Shown one piece after another: positions 1 through 9,054 of a stretch of 33,796 bases of DNA. The notes beneath the pieces were generated by a model. The model ran no database searches, was not told where the DNA came from, and worked only from the letters and a program-made list of their open reading frames with translations. The position numbers and the translations under genes were made by a program. Each line of letters starts with the position of its first letter. The first letter of the stretch is position 1. The stretch is from sequence record SRR31156797_4962. One strand, 5' to 3'.

Positions 1-216
1 AATGGTTTCCATTTTACGAATTGGGAAATAAAGAATTACTGCTTTTTTTACCCACTCGTTCACTTGCCAGCCATCTTCTACAGGCTCTGCTGTTCTTAAA
101 ATTCCTTTATCAAGAAGTTCAATAACTTCTTCTATATTTTTCTGCACATCAGAAGATGTCAATAATGATCTATCTTCCCATGCAGCTTCGATACTTTGCT
201 TAAGATTCTCGTACAT
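1..216 (-). CDS. dapD: 2,3,4,5-tetrahydropyridine-2,6-dicarboxylate N-succinyltransferase, 5' part (runs off window start)
   Basis: Not in ORF track. Manual translation from ATG at 216: MYENLKQSIEAAWEDRSLL...IELLDKGILRTAEPVEDGWQVNEWVKKAVILYFPIRKMETI, the typical DapD N-terminus (W.VNEW.KKA.LLYF). Confidence 0.92.
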   Translation of the reverse strand, partial: MYENLKQSIEAAWEDRSLLTSSDVQKNIEEVIELLDKGILRTAEPVEDGWQVNEWVKKAVILYFPIRKMETI

Positions 217-273
217 AGTTGTATTACTTATGGTATTTTGGTTAATGGCAACAAAACTAATTAAAATGTAGGA

Positions 274-313
274 AAGTCAAAAAGTAGAAAAGTCGAATAG
301 TCAAAAAGTTGCA
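274..313. repeat. Degenerate 8-bp tandem repeat, 5 copies
   Basis: AAGTCAAA-AAGTAGAA-AAGTCGAA-TAGTCAAA-AAGTTGCA; GT recurs at 276, 284, 292, 300, 308. Confidence 0.7.
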
Positions 314-375
314 AGTATATTTCTTATTAATCATACGATACTAAAGAAATGGTTGCAACAATAATGAATCCGTAT

Positions 376-383
376 TACTTTTG
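376..383 (+). promoter_or_regulatory. Bacteroidota sigma-A -7 element for ung
   Basis: TACTTTTG matches TAnnTTTG, with TTGC at 353-356 as the -33 element; 23 nt upstream of ATG 407. Confidence 0.65.
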
Positions 384-406
384 AACAAACAATAAATCGC
401 CTCAAA

Positions 407-1156
407 ATGCAAAACTCAAGATTCCTATCCAACCTCAATATACATGAGTCCTGGAATTATTTTCTTACTGATGAAGTAGTAGCATTAATTTGTAAAATTG
501 AAGAAGCTATCGATATAGAAATATCAACTCCAGACACATCATTAGTTCTTCGATTTTTAGAGATGAATCTAAATAAAATTCCAGTGATTATTTTGGGGCA
601 AGATCCATATCCACAACAAGGAGTTGCAACAGGGCGTTCATTTGAAGTAAACGGTTTAAACTCGTGGCATGACAAATTCAGAAACGTATCCTTGAAAAAC
701 ATATTAAGAAGTATTTACAAAGCCCAAACTGGCGAAACTTTGAAATATTCAGAGATATTAGGAAAGTTGAATGAAGGTGATCGATTGCCAATGGATAAGG
801 ATTTTTCGATTTTACCTCCAAATCAACTTTTTAAATATTGGTGGGAAAAAGAGAATGTTCTGTTGCTAAATACTGCCTTAACTTGCGAAATTGGAATGCC
901 AAATTCACACAGTAAACTATGGGCTCCATTCACACAGCGAGTGTTAAACTTTTTAGCAGAGAACAACCCGAATGCAATTTGGTTTTTATGGGGCAATAAT
1001 GCTCAGAAAATTGTTGAGAATATTAAGATTAACCATAAAATAGAAACGGCTCACCCAATGATGTGCTATCAAAGAGAAAATGACATCCTGTTTGGCAAAA
1101 CAAATCCCTTTACTGAAACAAAGCAACTTGTAAATTGGCTAGGTATTCAACAATAA
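407..1156 (+). CDS. ung: Uracil-DNA glycosylase, family-1-like, divergent
   Basis: ILGQDPYP catalytic motif, ATGRSF, SLKNI, VLLLNTALT, SHSKLW, FLWGNNAQ, HP motif. Confidence 0.85.
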   Translation: MQNSRFLSNLNIHESWNYFLTDEVVALICKIEEAIDIEISTPDTSLVLRFLEMNLNKIPVIILGQDPYPQQGVATGRSFEVNGLNSWHDKFRNVSLKNILRSIYKAQTGETLKYSEILGKLNEGDRLPMDKDFSILPPNQLFKYWWEKENVLLLNTALTCEIGMPNSHSKLWAPFTQRVLNFLAENNPNAIWFLWGNNAQKIVENIKINHKIETAHPMMCYQRENDILFGKTNPFTETKQLVNWLGIQQ

Positions 1157-1263
1157 TAGCAGTATCCGCTTAATTTCGGTTAAAGAGTGTTAAACAATGT
1201 AAAAATCTATCTGTTAGAGATATTGCCTTACTATCTTTAGGTTTCACTTGAAACATAAACGAT

Positions 1264-2085
1264 TTGAAAGCAGGAATAATAACTCTCATACTACTTGTTA
1301 CATTTCATTCTATTGGATTTTCACAAGATGAATCTGACAAGAGTTTTATCGTCTCCGGAAAAGTAATTAACCCTGAAACTTTAGAAGGGATTTCTTTTGC
1401 CAATATTAACCTGGATGATACCTATTGGGGAATTATTTGCGATAGTTTAGGCTATTTTAGATTGCGCATAAATCCGGAACAAAAATTAAAAATTTCAGCA
1501 ATAGGTTACAAAGAACAAATTGTTGCCGTTGCCGAACCAAGTGCCGAAAATGAAGTATTTCAGGAAATATTTTTGGAGAGAGAGACCTATATGCTTCGCG
1601 AGGTGGATGTATATTCTTTAGGTTCCTGGAATGATTTTAAAGAACAATTTACAAAACAGGAAATTCCTCAGGAAGAGAATATTGCTGAATCCTTTGATTT
1701 TGGAAAATTAAATCTTGAACAAGCCAAAGCAAAAACACTTAACCATGGTGGTTTTGGTCTTAGTTTCGGAATGTTTGGATCGGGTAAAAAAAGAGCCAAA
1801 GGGAAATTACCAAATCCTTTAGATGATCTTCACGAACAACTCTTAGCCAATAAATACAATAAACAAATTGTAGCTGAAATAACCCATGAGTCTGGAGAAA
1901 GACTGGATTTGTTAATGAAATTCATTAATTCGCAAACCAATTTCACTTACCAAACTCGCGACATATATATTGTGAATCGAATAGAGCAACTGTATAATAA
2001 ATTTCAGCAAGAAAACCCAAGCTGGGATTACGATTTTACCTATACCGATTCTTTAGGCAATATTCCGAATCACCTGAGACCTTAA
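1264..2085 (+). CDS. Secreted carboxypeptidase-regulatory-like domain protein (paralog 1)
   Basis: Signal peptide; VSGKVINPETLEGISFANI...CDSLGYF...LKISAIGYK...LREVDV; TTG start. Confidence 0.8.
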   Translation: MKAGIITLILLVTFHSIGFSQDESDKSFIVSGKVINPETLEGISFANINLDDTYWGIICDSLGYFRLRINPEQKLKISAIGYKEQIVAVAEPSAENEVFQEIFLERETYMLREVDVYSLGSWNDFKEQFTKQEIPQEENIAESFDFGKLNLEQAKAKTLNHGGFGLSFGMFGSGKKRAKGKLPNPLDDLHEQLLANKYNKQIVAEITHESGERLDLLMKFINSQTNFTYQTRDIYIVNRIEQLYNKFQQENPSWDYDFTYTDSLGNIPNHLRP

Positions 2086-2115
2086 TCCACACAACCCACT
2101 CTACCCAAAAACTAA

Positions 2116-2964
2116 ATGAACTTTGCCCAAAAACTTATATCTATATTCACATTATGTATTGTTACCACAAGCTCTTTTGCTAACAAACAAAAACAAGATT
2201 CAACATTTACCATTTCAGGACGAGTAATAAATATCAAAAACAACCAATCCATTTCCTTAGCTACTGTAACAATTCAAAGATCCAGAAGAGGAAATATCTG
2301 TGATAGCCTCGGAATATTTCACCTTCAGGTTCAACAATCGGATACATTAAACATTAGCGCTTTGGGCTACAAACCAAAAAAGTGGGCAATATCAGATCAT
2401 TACACTCCTGAACAGTCATTTTTTACAATAAAACTAGAAACGATTTCTTACATGTTAGATGAAGTAGCAATTCTTAACTGGAGAAATTGGAGTGAATTTA
2501 AAGAAGAGTTTATAAAAGCAGAAGTTCCCGTGGAGGTCAATATGGGCAAAGCTTGTTTTCTCTCTGAGGAAGAATTAAAAGATATAAACGATAAATTAGA
2601 ATCAGAGAAGGCTGGTAATATTATTGGAGGTTTAATATACTATGGAGCCAAGCTTTTTGAAAGAAAAAAAGAACCTGAAATAATCTATACAGATCATGAA
2701 AAGGAATTGCATCGGCAAATTTTAAATGAAAAATTCAACAATAATATAATTCAGGAATTGACTCAGGAAAATGGTGATCGTTTAAATCAACTCTGCATTT
2801 TTATCAATAGCAAAACTAATTTTACTTTTAAAGATAGCGAGTTTAAAATTCAATCCAGGATATTGGAACTTTACAAAGAATTTAAATCAAATCCAGAAAT
2901 ATTAGAACAACAAAGTGTAAATTTAGAATCTGCTAAAACCTTAACCAATCACATACGACCTTGA
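2116..2964 (+). CDS. Secreted carboxypeptidase-regulatory-like domain protein (paralog 2)
   Basis: Signal peptide; ISGRVIN...ISLATV...CDSLGIF...DTLNISALGYK...LDEVAI. Confidence 0.8.
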   Translation: MNFAQKLISIFTLCIVTTSSFANKQKQDSTFTISGRVINIKNNQSISLATVTIQRSRRGNICDSLGIFHLQVQQSDTLNISALGYKPKKWAISDHYTPEQSFFTIKLETISYMLDEVAILNWRNWSEFKEEFIKAEVPVEVNMGKACFLSEEELKDINDKLESEKAGNIIGGLIYYGAKLFERKKEPEIIYTDHEKELHRQILNEKFNNNIIQELTQENGDRLNQLCIFINSKTNFTFKDSEFKIQSRILELYKEFKSNPEILEQQSVNLESAKTLTNHIRP

Positions 2965-3794
2965 AATTAACAATTAAAAAATATCGAAAAATTAGTGTAT
3001 TTACCTCCTGCTTATTTTTGTTTTTCTTCTTTTGTTTCACTGCCAAATCACAAGAGAATAAAAATATTAGTATTTCAGGACAGGTTCTTCAAGCTAAGAA
3101 TCTGGAAGTAATCTCAATGGCAACCATCAGCATTAAGCGAACCCGAATGGGATCCATATGCGATAGTCTTGGAGTTTTTCATCTCCAAATTCAACAAAAC
3201 GATACTTTAGTAATCAGTGCTCTAGGCTACCAAACTAAAGAATGGCCAATTCCTTTCATTTTTAATCCAGAGTTCCCTCCCTTTTTCACCATTAAAATGG
3301 ATGATGTATCCTATTTACTTGATGACGTAGACATTTATGCCTTAGGAAGCTGGGATGAATTTAAAGATGATTTTCTAAATACTGAAGTGAAGGAAAAAAA
3401 TCCAATTAATACAGACATTAAAAAACAACTGAAACCTTTCAATACAAAAAAGCCCAATCCAGTACCAGCACAATACCGACCTAAAAGAGAAAAACTAGGA
3501 GTCGTTCAAGCGATTTTTGCGCCTACAGATTTCCTATACGGAAAACTGAGTAAGAAAGAAAAAAACAAAAGAAAACTCTCTAAGCGAATTAAAGAGGAAG
3601 GAAAAAACAAAAAGATCAGTAAAAAGTACAATGCCCAAATTGTGGCTGATGCAACAGGTTTAAAAGGAGATGATTTATTAAATTTTATGGGGTTTTGTGG
3701 TAAAAGGATTCAGGTCACTGAAAATTCGACAGATTACGATGTAATGAAACAAATTCTGGATTTGTTTCAAGAATATACTACAAAAGAGGAGTAA
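2961..3794 (+). CDS. Secreted carboxypeptidase-regulatory-like domain protein (paralog 3)
   Basis: ISGQVL...ISMATI...CDSLGVF...DTLVISALGYQ...LDDVDIY; TTG start overlaps the previous TGA (TTGA). Confidence 0.8.
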   Translation: MKLTIKKYRKISVFTSCLFLFFFFCFTAKSQENKNISISGQVLQAKNLEVISMATISIKRTRMGSICDSLGVFHLQIQQNDTLVISALGYQTKEWPIPFIFNPEFPPFFTIKMDDVSYLLDDVDIYALGSWDEFKDDFLNTEVKEKNPINTDIKKQLKPFNTKKPNPVPAQYRPKREKLGVVQAIFAPTDFLYGKLSKKEKNKRKLSKRIKEEGKNKKISKKYNAQIVADATGLKGDDLLNFMGFCGKRIQVTENSTDYDVMKQILDLFQEYTTKEE

Positions 3795-5256
3795 ACAATC
3801 GCGCAATAGACTCCTTTAACTTTTGGATTTTGTTTCTGTTTGTCCACTGTTCTAAATTAATTTCTGTGCTTTGTTCCAAATCCTGTAAAAAACGATCTCG
3901 CAATTCAAGCGTTACTTTTTCATCGTAAACCAAAGCGTTTACTTCAAAATTTTGCTCGAAACTGCGCACATCCATATTGGCAGTTCCAACAGTCGACATT
4001 ATTCCATCTACAGTCATAATCTTACTGTGATTGAATCCGGCATTATAGAAATAGATTCGCACACCTGCCTCCAAAAGTTCCTCTATATAGGACAAAGTTC
4101 CCCAATACGTCATAAAAGAATCCGACTTCTTTGGAATTAAGACTCGTACATCAACTCCACTCATAGCAGATGTTTTTAAAGCCATTAAAATGCTACCATT
4201 CGGCATAAAATAAGGTGAGGAAATATAGACATTTTGCTTGGCAGATGTAATAGCCGAAAAATAAGCCTGCATAATACTTGCCCAATCAGAATCGGCTCCG
4301 GATGCGGTTATCTGCAACAAGCATTTCTCTTTTGCCTTTTTGTAAGGCAAATACTTCTCGTTCAGCAAAACCTCCTGACGAACAAAATACCAATCGATTA
4401 AAAAAACGATTTGTAAACTTGATGCAGCCTCGCCTCTAACTTTTAAATGAGTATCGCGCCAAATGCCAATTTCAGGTAATCCATCTAGATAACGATCGGC
4501 AAAATTTAAACCTCCTACAAAAGCAGTTTTTCCATCAATTACAATAATCTTACGATGATTTCGATAGTTTACCCGACTTGTTAAAATTGGGAAACGAACT
4601 GGCAAAAATGCCTGAACCAAAACGCCCGCATCTTCTAATGCCTGAACATATTCTTTACTCAGTTTCCAACTGCCAACATCATCGTAAATTACACGAACCT
4701 CAACTCCAGCTTCAGCCTTCGCAACCAAAATCCCAAGTAATTCCGAAGCCAATTCACCATCTTCAAGAATGTAATATTCCAAATGAATATGATCCTTCGC
4801 TTTTTTTAGTGCTTTAAATATTGAGGTAAAAGTCTCTTCCCCATCGTTCAGAATTTTTACTTGATTGTAACCAGTCAAAAGAGCTTTCGAATTGTTCAGT
4901 AGCAAGGTCATCACATTCTTCTTCTCGTGTATGCGCTCATCTTTTAAGAATCTACTTTTCTCCAATCTTAGCTTTTGATCCTGACTCATTACCTGAAGCC
5001 ATTTTAAGTCTCCCAAACCTTTCAGACTAAACATTTTTCGCTTCCTGAAACTTTGTCCAAAAACCAAATAGACTACAAAACCAAAAATGGGTAAAAATAT
5101 CAATACCAAAGTCCACGAAATAGATTTTAAAGGACTTCGGTTCTCCAGAATTACAATAATTACGGTTGCAATAATCAGCAAGACATACAAAACTCCCAAC
5201 ACCTCAAAAAAGTGTATCCAAAATTGAGACCAATTAAATGATAATAACATCGTCAT
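3778..5256 (-). CDS. cls: Cardiolipin synthase
   Basis: Two N-terminal TM helices; two PLD HKD motifs (RNHRKIIVIDG, NHSKIMTVDG); WRDTH; C-terminal PLL. Confidence 0.95.
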   Translation of the reverse strand: MTMLLSFNWSQFWIHFFEVLGVLYVLLIIATVIIVILENRSPLKSISWTLVLIFLPIFGFVVYLVFGQSFRKRKMFSLKGLGDLKWLQVMSQDQKLRLEKSRFLKDERIHEKKNVMTLLLNNSKALLTGYNQVKILNDGEETFTSIFKALKKAKDHIHLEYYILEDGELASELLGILVAKAEAGVEVRVIYDDVGSWKLSKEYVQALEDAGVLVQAFLPVRFPILTSRVNYRNHRKIIVIDGKTAFVGGLNFADRYLDGLPEIGIWRDTHLKVRGEAASSLQIVFLIDWYFVRQEVLLNEKYLPYKKAKEKCLLQITASGADSDWASIMQAYFSAITSAKQNVYISSPYFMPNGSILMALKTSAMSGVDVRVLIPKKSDSFMTYWGTLSYIEELLEAGVRIYFYNAGFNHSKIMTVDGIMSTVGTANMDVRSFEQNFEVNALVYDEKVTLELRDRFLQDLEQSTEINLEQWTNRNKIQKLKESIARLFTPLL

Positions 5257-5277
5257 TTTATGAGAATAGAAGATTTG

Positions 5278-5285
5278 TATCTTTG
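5278..5285 (+). promoter_or_regulatory. Bacteroidota -7 promoter element for prmC-recX
   Basis: TATCTTTG(CA), 18 nt upstream of ATG 5304, in the short divergent cls/prmC gap. Confidence 0.7.
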
Positions 5286-5303
5286 CAATAAATATAGAAG
5301 ATT

Positions 5304-6167
5304 ATGAGTCAACCATACAGCATACAATCTACAATAAATTACATAAAAAACGAACTTAATCCGATTTATAGTTCACGTGAAAGTGAGAGTATCTCCTACC
5401 TTTTGCTTGAGCATGTTTTAAATTGTTCACGAATGCATTTGCAACTCAATAAAAGTAATTCGATAAAGGATGATAAATTTGAACTGATCGCACAATTTGT
5501 TGAAGAATTAAAAACCAACAAACCCTTACAATACATTTTAGGAGAAGCCGATTTTTACGATTTAAAATTCAAAGTAAATGAGCACACCTTAATTCCCAGA
5601 CCAGAAACTGAAGAGTTGGTACATGCCATTATCAATGAAAATAAATCATCAAACCTTACTATTTTAGATATTGGTACAGGCAGTGGTTGCATTCCAATTT
5701 GTTTGGCTAAAAATTTAAATCAAGCCAAGCTTAGTACTGCTGATATATCTGCCAAAGCAATTGAAACCGCAAAGGAGAACGCAAAATTAAATGATGTTGA
5801 AATTTCATTTTACAATCGGGACATTTTAAAATGGATGGATTTTGAGTGGGAAGAATATGATATTATTGTGAGCAATCCACCCTATGTTACTGAAGCTGAA
5901 AAGGAGAAAATGGAGGATAATGTATTAAAATACGAACCTCACACGGCACTTTTTGTGAGCGACCATGATCCCTTAATTTTCTACAGAACCATTTCAGAAT
6001 TGGCAATTTCTCATCTGAAAAAAGGAGGCAAATTGTATTTCGAAATCAACGAAAGTTTAGGTGAAGAAATGAAAGAGCTTCTAGAAGTAAAAGGCTTTAC
6101 CAATATTTTGCTTCATCAGGATATTAATGGCAGAAACCGCATGATGTCTGCAATAAAAACAGCATAA
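5304..6167 (+). CDS. prmC: Peptide chain release factor N(5)-glutamine methyltransferase
   Basis: PLQYILG, LIPRPETEEL, LDIGTGSGCI, VSNPPY, YEPHTALF. Confidence 0.95.
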   Translation: MSQPYSIQSTINYIKNELNPIYSSRESESISYLLLEHVLNCSRMHLQLNKSNSIKDDKFELIAQFVEELKTNKPLQYILGEADFYDLKFKVNEHTLIPRPETEELVHAIINENKSSNLTILDIGTGSGCIPICLAKNLNQAKLSTADISAKAIETAKENAKLNDVEISFYNRDILKWMDFEWEEYDIIVSNPPYVTEAEKEKMEDNVLKYEPHTALFVSDHDPLIFYRTISELAISHLKKGGKLYFEINESLGEEMKELLEVKGFTNILLHQDINGRNRMMSAIKTA

Positions 6168-6659
6168 ATGTACAAGAAGAACGCACCGAAAACTGTTAGC
6201 GCCAGTGCCGCTTTATCGAAGGTTCAGTTTATTTGCAGCCGAATGGAAAAATGCTGCAGCGATATCCGAAAAAAATTAAACGATTGGAACCTAAGCCGCG
6301 ATGAACAAGATCAAATCATTCAATCGTTGATCGAAGATAAATTTATAAACGAAGAACGATTCACAACATTTTACGTTCGCGATAAATTCCGATTTAACAA
6401 ATGGGGGAAAGTAAAAATAGCCTATCATTTAAAACAAAAACAAATTCCTGAACGACTGATTGATGAAGCATTAGAGCAGATTAATGAAGATCATTACCGA
6501 GAAAATTTGCAAGAGCTCTTACAGGCAAAATTAAAGGGATTAAAGGATGATGATCCCTATCAATTAAGATCCAAACTGTACCGATTTGCACAAAGTCGAG
6601 GTTTCGAATCACAAATCTCACTAAAGCATATTGATCAACTACTATCAGAGTTGAAATAA
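6168..6659 (+). CDS. recX: Regulatory protein RecX
   Basis: FINEERF, KWGKVKIAYHLKQK, RFAQSRGF; abuts the prmC stop, the usual Bacteroidota prmC-recX order. Confidence 0.9.
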   Translation: MYKKNAPKTVSASAALSKVQFICSRMEKCCSDIRKKLNDWNLSRDEQDQIIQSLIEDKFINEERFTTFYVRDKFRFNKWGKVKIAYHLKQKQIPERLIDEALEQINEDHYRENLQELLQAKLKGLKDDDPYQLRSKLYRFAQSRGFESQISLKHIDQLLSELK

Positions 6660-6742
6660 AATATTAATTCAACTTTGGCAAGCTTATTGTTAACGAATCA
6701 TTATCTTTAAAATTGATTTTAGATATCACAAAACCTATTCTA

Positions 6743-8152
6743 ATGATAAAAACTCTACGCACACTATTCAATTATTCTCTTATTATTTTACTCCTTGTGA
6801 GCTGTTCGGCACAAAGTAGTATGGCAAAAAGAAGACCTCCAAAATGGGTAAAAGAGAGACCAATTACCCCTGATTATTTTGTTGGAGTTGCTGTAGTTAA
6901 AAAGGATGTTTCGCAAACCAATTACATACAGCTAGCAAAAAATCAGGCATTACACGACCTTTGTTCTGAAATTTCCATTTCTATTTCTGCCAATTCGGTT
7001 TTACAGCAGTTCGAAGATGAGACTCAATTTAAAGAGGAGTTTCAATCGAACATACAAACCAATCTTGCGCAGGAAATTGAGGGTTACGAAATTGTAGGAT
7101 CCTGGGATAACAAGCGAGGAAATGAATATTGGGTGTACTATCGCTTATCGAAAGCTCAGTACGAATTACAGAAACGCTTGAAATTAAATAAGGCGAAAAA
7201 AGTTGCCCAAAACTATTTTGAACAGGCAAAACAAAGCGAAAAAAATCTGGATCTGTTTCAGGCTTTAAGTTACTATGCAAAAGCAATTGATGCTATCGAA
7301 AAACATTTGGATGAAGATTTATCAGTCATGACATTCGATGGAAGAATTAACCTGGGAACAGGCATTTACAATTCCATTCAGAATATTTTTAAGCGCACAC
7401 AACTAACTCCTGACCGAAAACAGATGAAATTGGAAATATCTACTTCACAAAAAGAACCAATTTTAGTAAAAGCCGAATGGTTGGGTGATAGTGAGGAAAA
7501 ATTAATTCCAAACTTACCTATTCAGCTTGCTTTCTCGAAAGGCGATGGAGTTTTAAATAATAAGGTTAGCACCGATCAATTTGGTTATGCAGCCTCAAAA
7601 TTGTCGAAAGTAACATCGAGAATGAAACTACAGGAAATTGAGGTAAGCCTTGATATGACTTCCATTCTGAATGAAAATGAAGACAATTACAAACTACACA
7701 AATTGTTCTTTACGCCAGAATTGGCACCAAAAAGCAAAATCATTATCAATGTGGAGCGATTAAAAGCTTACATGAATTTTAAGGAGAAAATTTTTGGCAA
7801 AGATTCGCAACGTGAAATTTTAAAGAACAATCTGAAAAAAGAATTATCGGAAAATTTCTTCTCTTTTACCAATGATAAAGAGAAAGCCAAAGTAATTCTG
7901 GATATCAATACCAATGTAACCAAAGGCGAAGTGAAAGAAGGTAGAAATTACAAGGTGTTTATTGTATACCTGGATTGTTTCTTTTCACTTACCGATGTAA
8001 AAACTGGTATGGAAATATTTAATGATGCGATATATGAAGTAAAAGGAATGAAACCAATCAGCTACGACTATGCTGTTAAAGAAGCTTACGAAGAGGCGGT
8101 TGATGAAATTCACAATACCATTATTCCAAAATTAAATCAGTTAGACTTATAA
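6743..8152 (+). CDS. LPP20-family lipoprotein, large (copy A)
   Basis: ATG 6743 preferred over TTG 6713 because a near-consensus -7 element TATCTTTA lies at 6702-6709. Lipobox LLVSC; PKWV...YFVGV...AKNQALHDLCSEI...EYWVYYRLSK LPP20-like domain. Confidence 0.75.
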   Translation: MIKTLRTLFNYSLIILLLVSCSAQSSMAKRRPPKWVKERPITPDYFVGVAVVKKDVSQTNYIQLAKNQALHDLCSEISISISANSVLQQFEDETQFKEEFQSNIQTNLAQEIEGYEIVGSWDNKRGNEYWVYYRLSKAQYELQKRLKLNKAKKVAQNYFEQAKQSEKNLDLFQALSYYAKAIDAIEKHLDEDLSVMTFDGRINLGTGIYNSIQNIFKRTQLTPDRKQMKLEISTSQKEPILVKAEWLGDSEEKLIPNLPIQLAFSKGDGVLNNKVSTDQFGYAASKLSKVTSRMKLQEIEVSLDMTSILNENEDNYKLHKLFFTPELAPKSKIIINVERLKAYMNFKEKIFGKDSQREILKNNLKKELSENFFSFTNDKEKAKVILDINTNVTKGEVKEGRNYKVFIVYLDCFFSLTDVKTGMEIFNDAIYEVKGMKPISYDYAVKEAYEEAVDEIHNTIIPKLNQLDL

Positions 8153-8153
8153 A

Positions 8154-8188
8154 AATGAATAATTAGTAATGAGCAATTTTTAATTTGC
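8154..8188. repeat. Degenerate heptamer tandem repeat, 5 copies (AATnnnn)
   Basis: AATGAAT-AATTAGT-AATGAGC-AATTTTT-AATTTGC between the two LPP20 genes. Confidence 0.5.
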
Positions 8189-8212
8189 CATTACAACAAA
8201 AATTCAACACAC

Positions 8213-8809
8213 ATGAAAACAAGAAAACTACAATCATTATTCCTAGGATTAGGAGTATTATTAGCTGCAGGATTAAGCTCATGCGGTTCAGCAGAAAAAG
8301 CAGTATCGACAAAGGCACAAGGCGAAGAATTAATCGAAGTTTATTGCACTGGTTCTGATTACCAGAGTGACAAAAACAACTTTAGAGCTTCGGCTATTGG
8401 CGAGAGTTTAGACCAAATGGTTTCGAAGAAAAAAGCAGGAACCAACGCTCGTGCTGAGTTGGCTACTTTAATTCAATCAACCGTTCAGGGAACTATCGAC
8501 AACTATGTAAATTCAACTGAATTGAACAATGTTGAGCAAGTAGAAGAACGTTTTGAAGGCTTAACTCGCGAGGTAATCAACCAGCAGTTGAACAACATTA
8601 AGGTAATTTGCGAAAAGCAAACCAGAACTGCTCAAAACAAGTACAAAACTTATATCGCTATCGAAATGAGCGCTAAAGATTTGGAAGAAGCGATCAACCA
8701 AAAATTATCGCAAGATGATAAGTTAAAAGTTGATTACGATTACGAAAAATTCAAGAAGACTTTTGAAGAGGAAATGCAGAAATTGCAAACTCAGCAAAGA
8801 GGTTTTTAA
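8213..8809 (+). CDS. LPP20-family lipoprotein, small (copy A)
   Basis: Lipobox GLSSC; FRASAIGES...KKKAGTNARAELATLIQSTV motif; paralog of 23119..23688. Confidence 0.8.
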   Translation: MKTRKLQSLFLGLGVLLAAGLSSCGSAEKAVSTKAQGEELIEVYCTGSDYQSDKNNFRASAIGESLDQMVSKKKAGTNARAELATLIQSTVQGTIDNYVNSTELNNVEQVEERFEGLTREVINQQLNNIKVICEKQTRTAQNKYKTYIAIEMSAKDLEEAINQKLSQDDKLKVDYDYEKFKKTFEEEMQKLQTQQRGF

Positions 8810-8828
8810 GAAATAAATCCCATTCTAT

Positions 8829-8867
8829 AATCAGCGCATGGAGAAATTCTTCATGCGCTGATTTTTT
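8829..8867. terminator. Intrinsic terminator, probably bidirectional
   Basis: AATCAGCGCATG (8829-8840) / CATGCGCTGATT (8852-8863) inverted repeat followed by a T-run, between convergent genes. Confidence 0.85.
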
Positions 8868-9051
8868 ATATCCGAATAATATTCCCATCCCGATCAATCG
8901 CTATACTATTGCGATACCCGCAATATCTGCAAACCAATTCTTTTTTATACGGAATAATTTCCACTTTATCTATTGCCTCTCGACAACTATTACAGTAAAT
9001 GGAAAATCCCCTATCATTTAGCAAGTCAAATAAATCCTTCAATATCTTCAT
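8866..9051 (-). CDS. Small zinc-ribbon-like protein (61 aa)
   Basis: CNSC...CRYC double CxxC; starts 3 nt after the LytTR gene stop and ends at the terminator. Confidence 0.6.
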   Translation of the reverse strand: MKILKDLFDLLNDRGFSIYCNSCREAIDKVEIIPYKKELVCRYCGYRNSIAIDRDGNIIRI

Positions 9052-9054
9052 AAA

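Noticed and set aside
274-313. CRISPR array
   Set aside because: Units are 8 bp with no spacers; no cas genes or 25-45 bp repeats were seen in the window.
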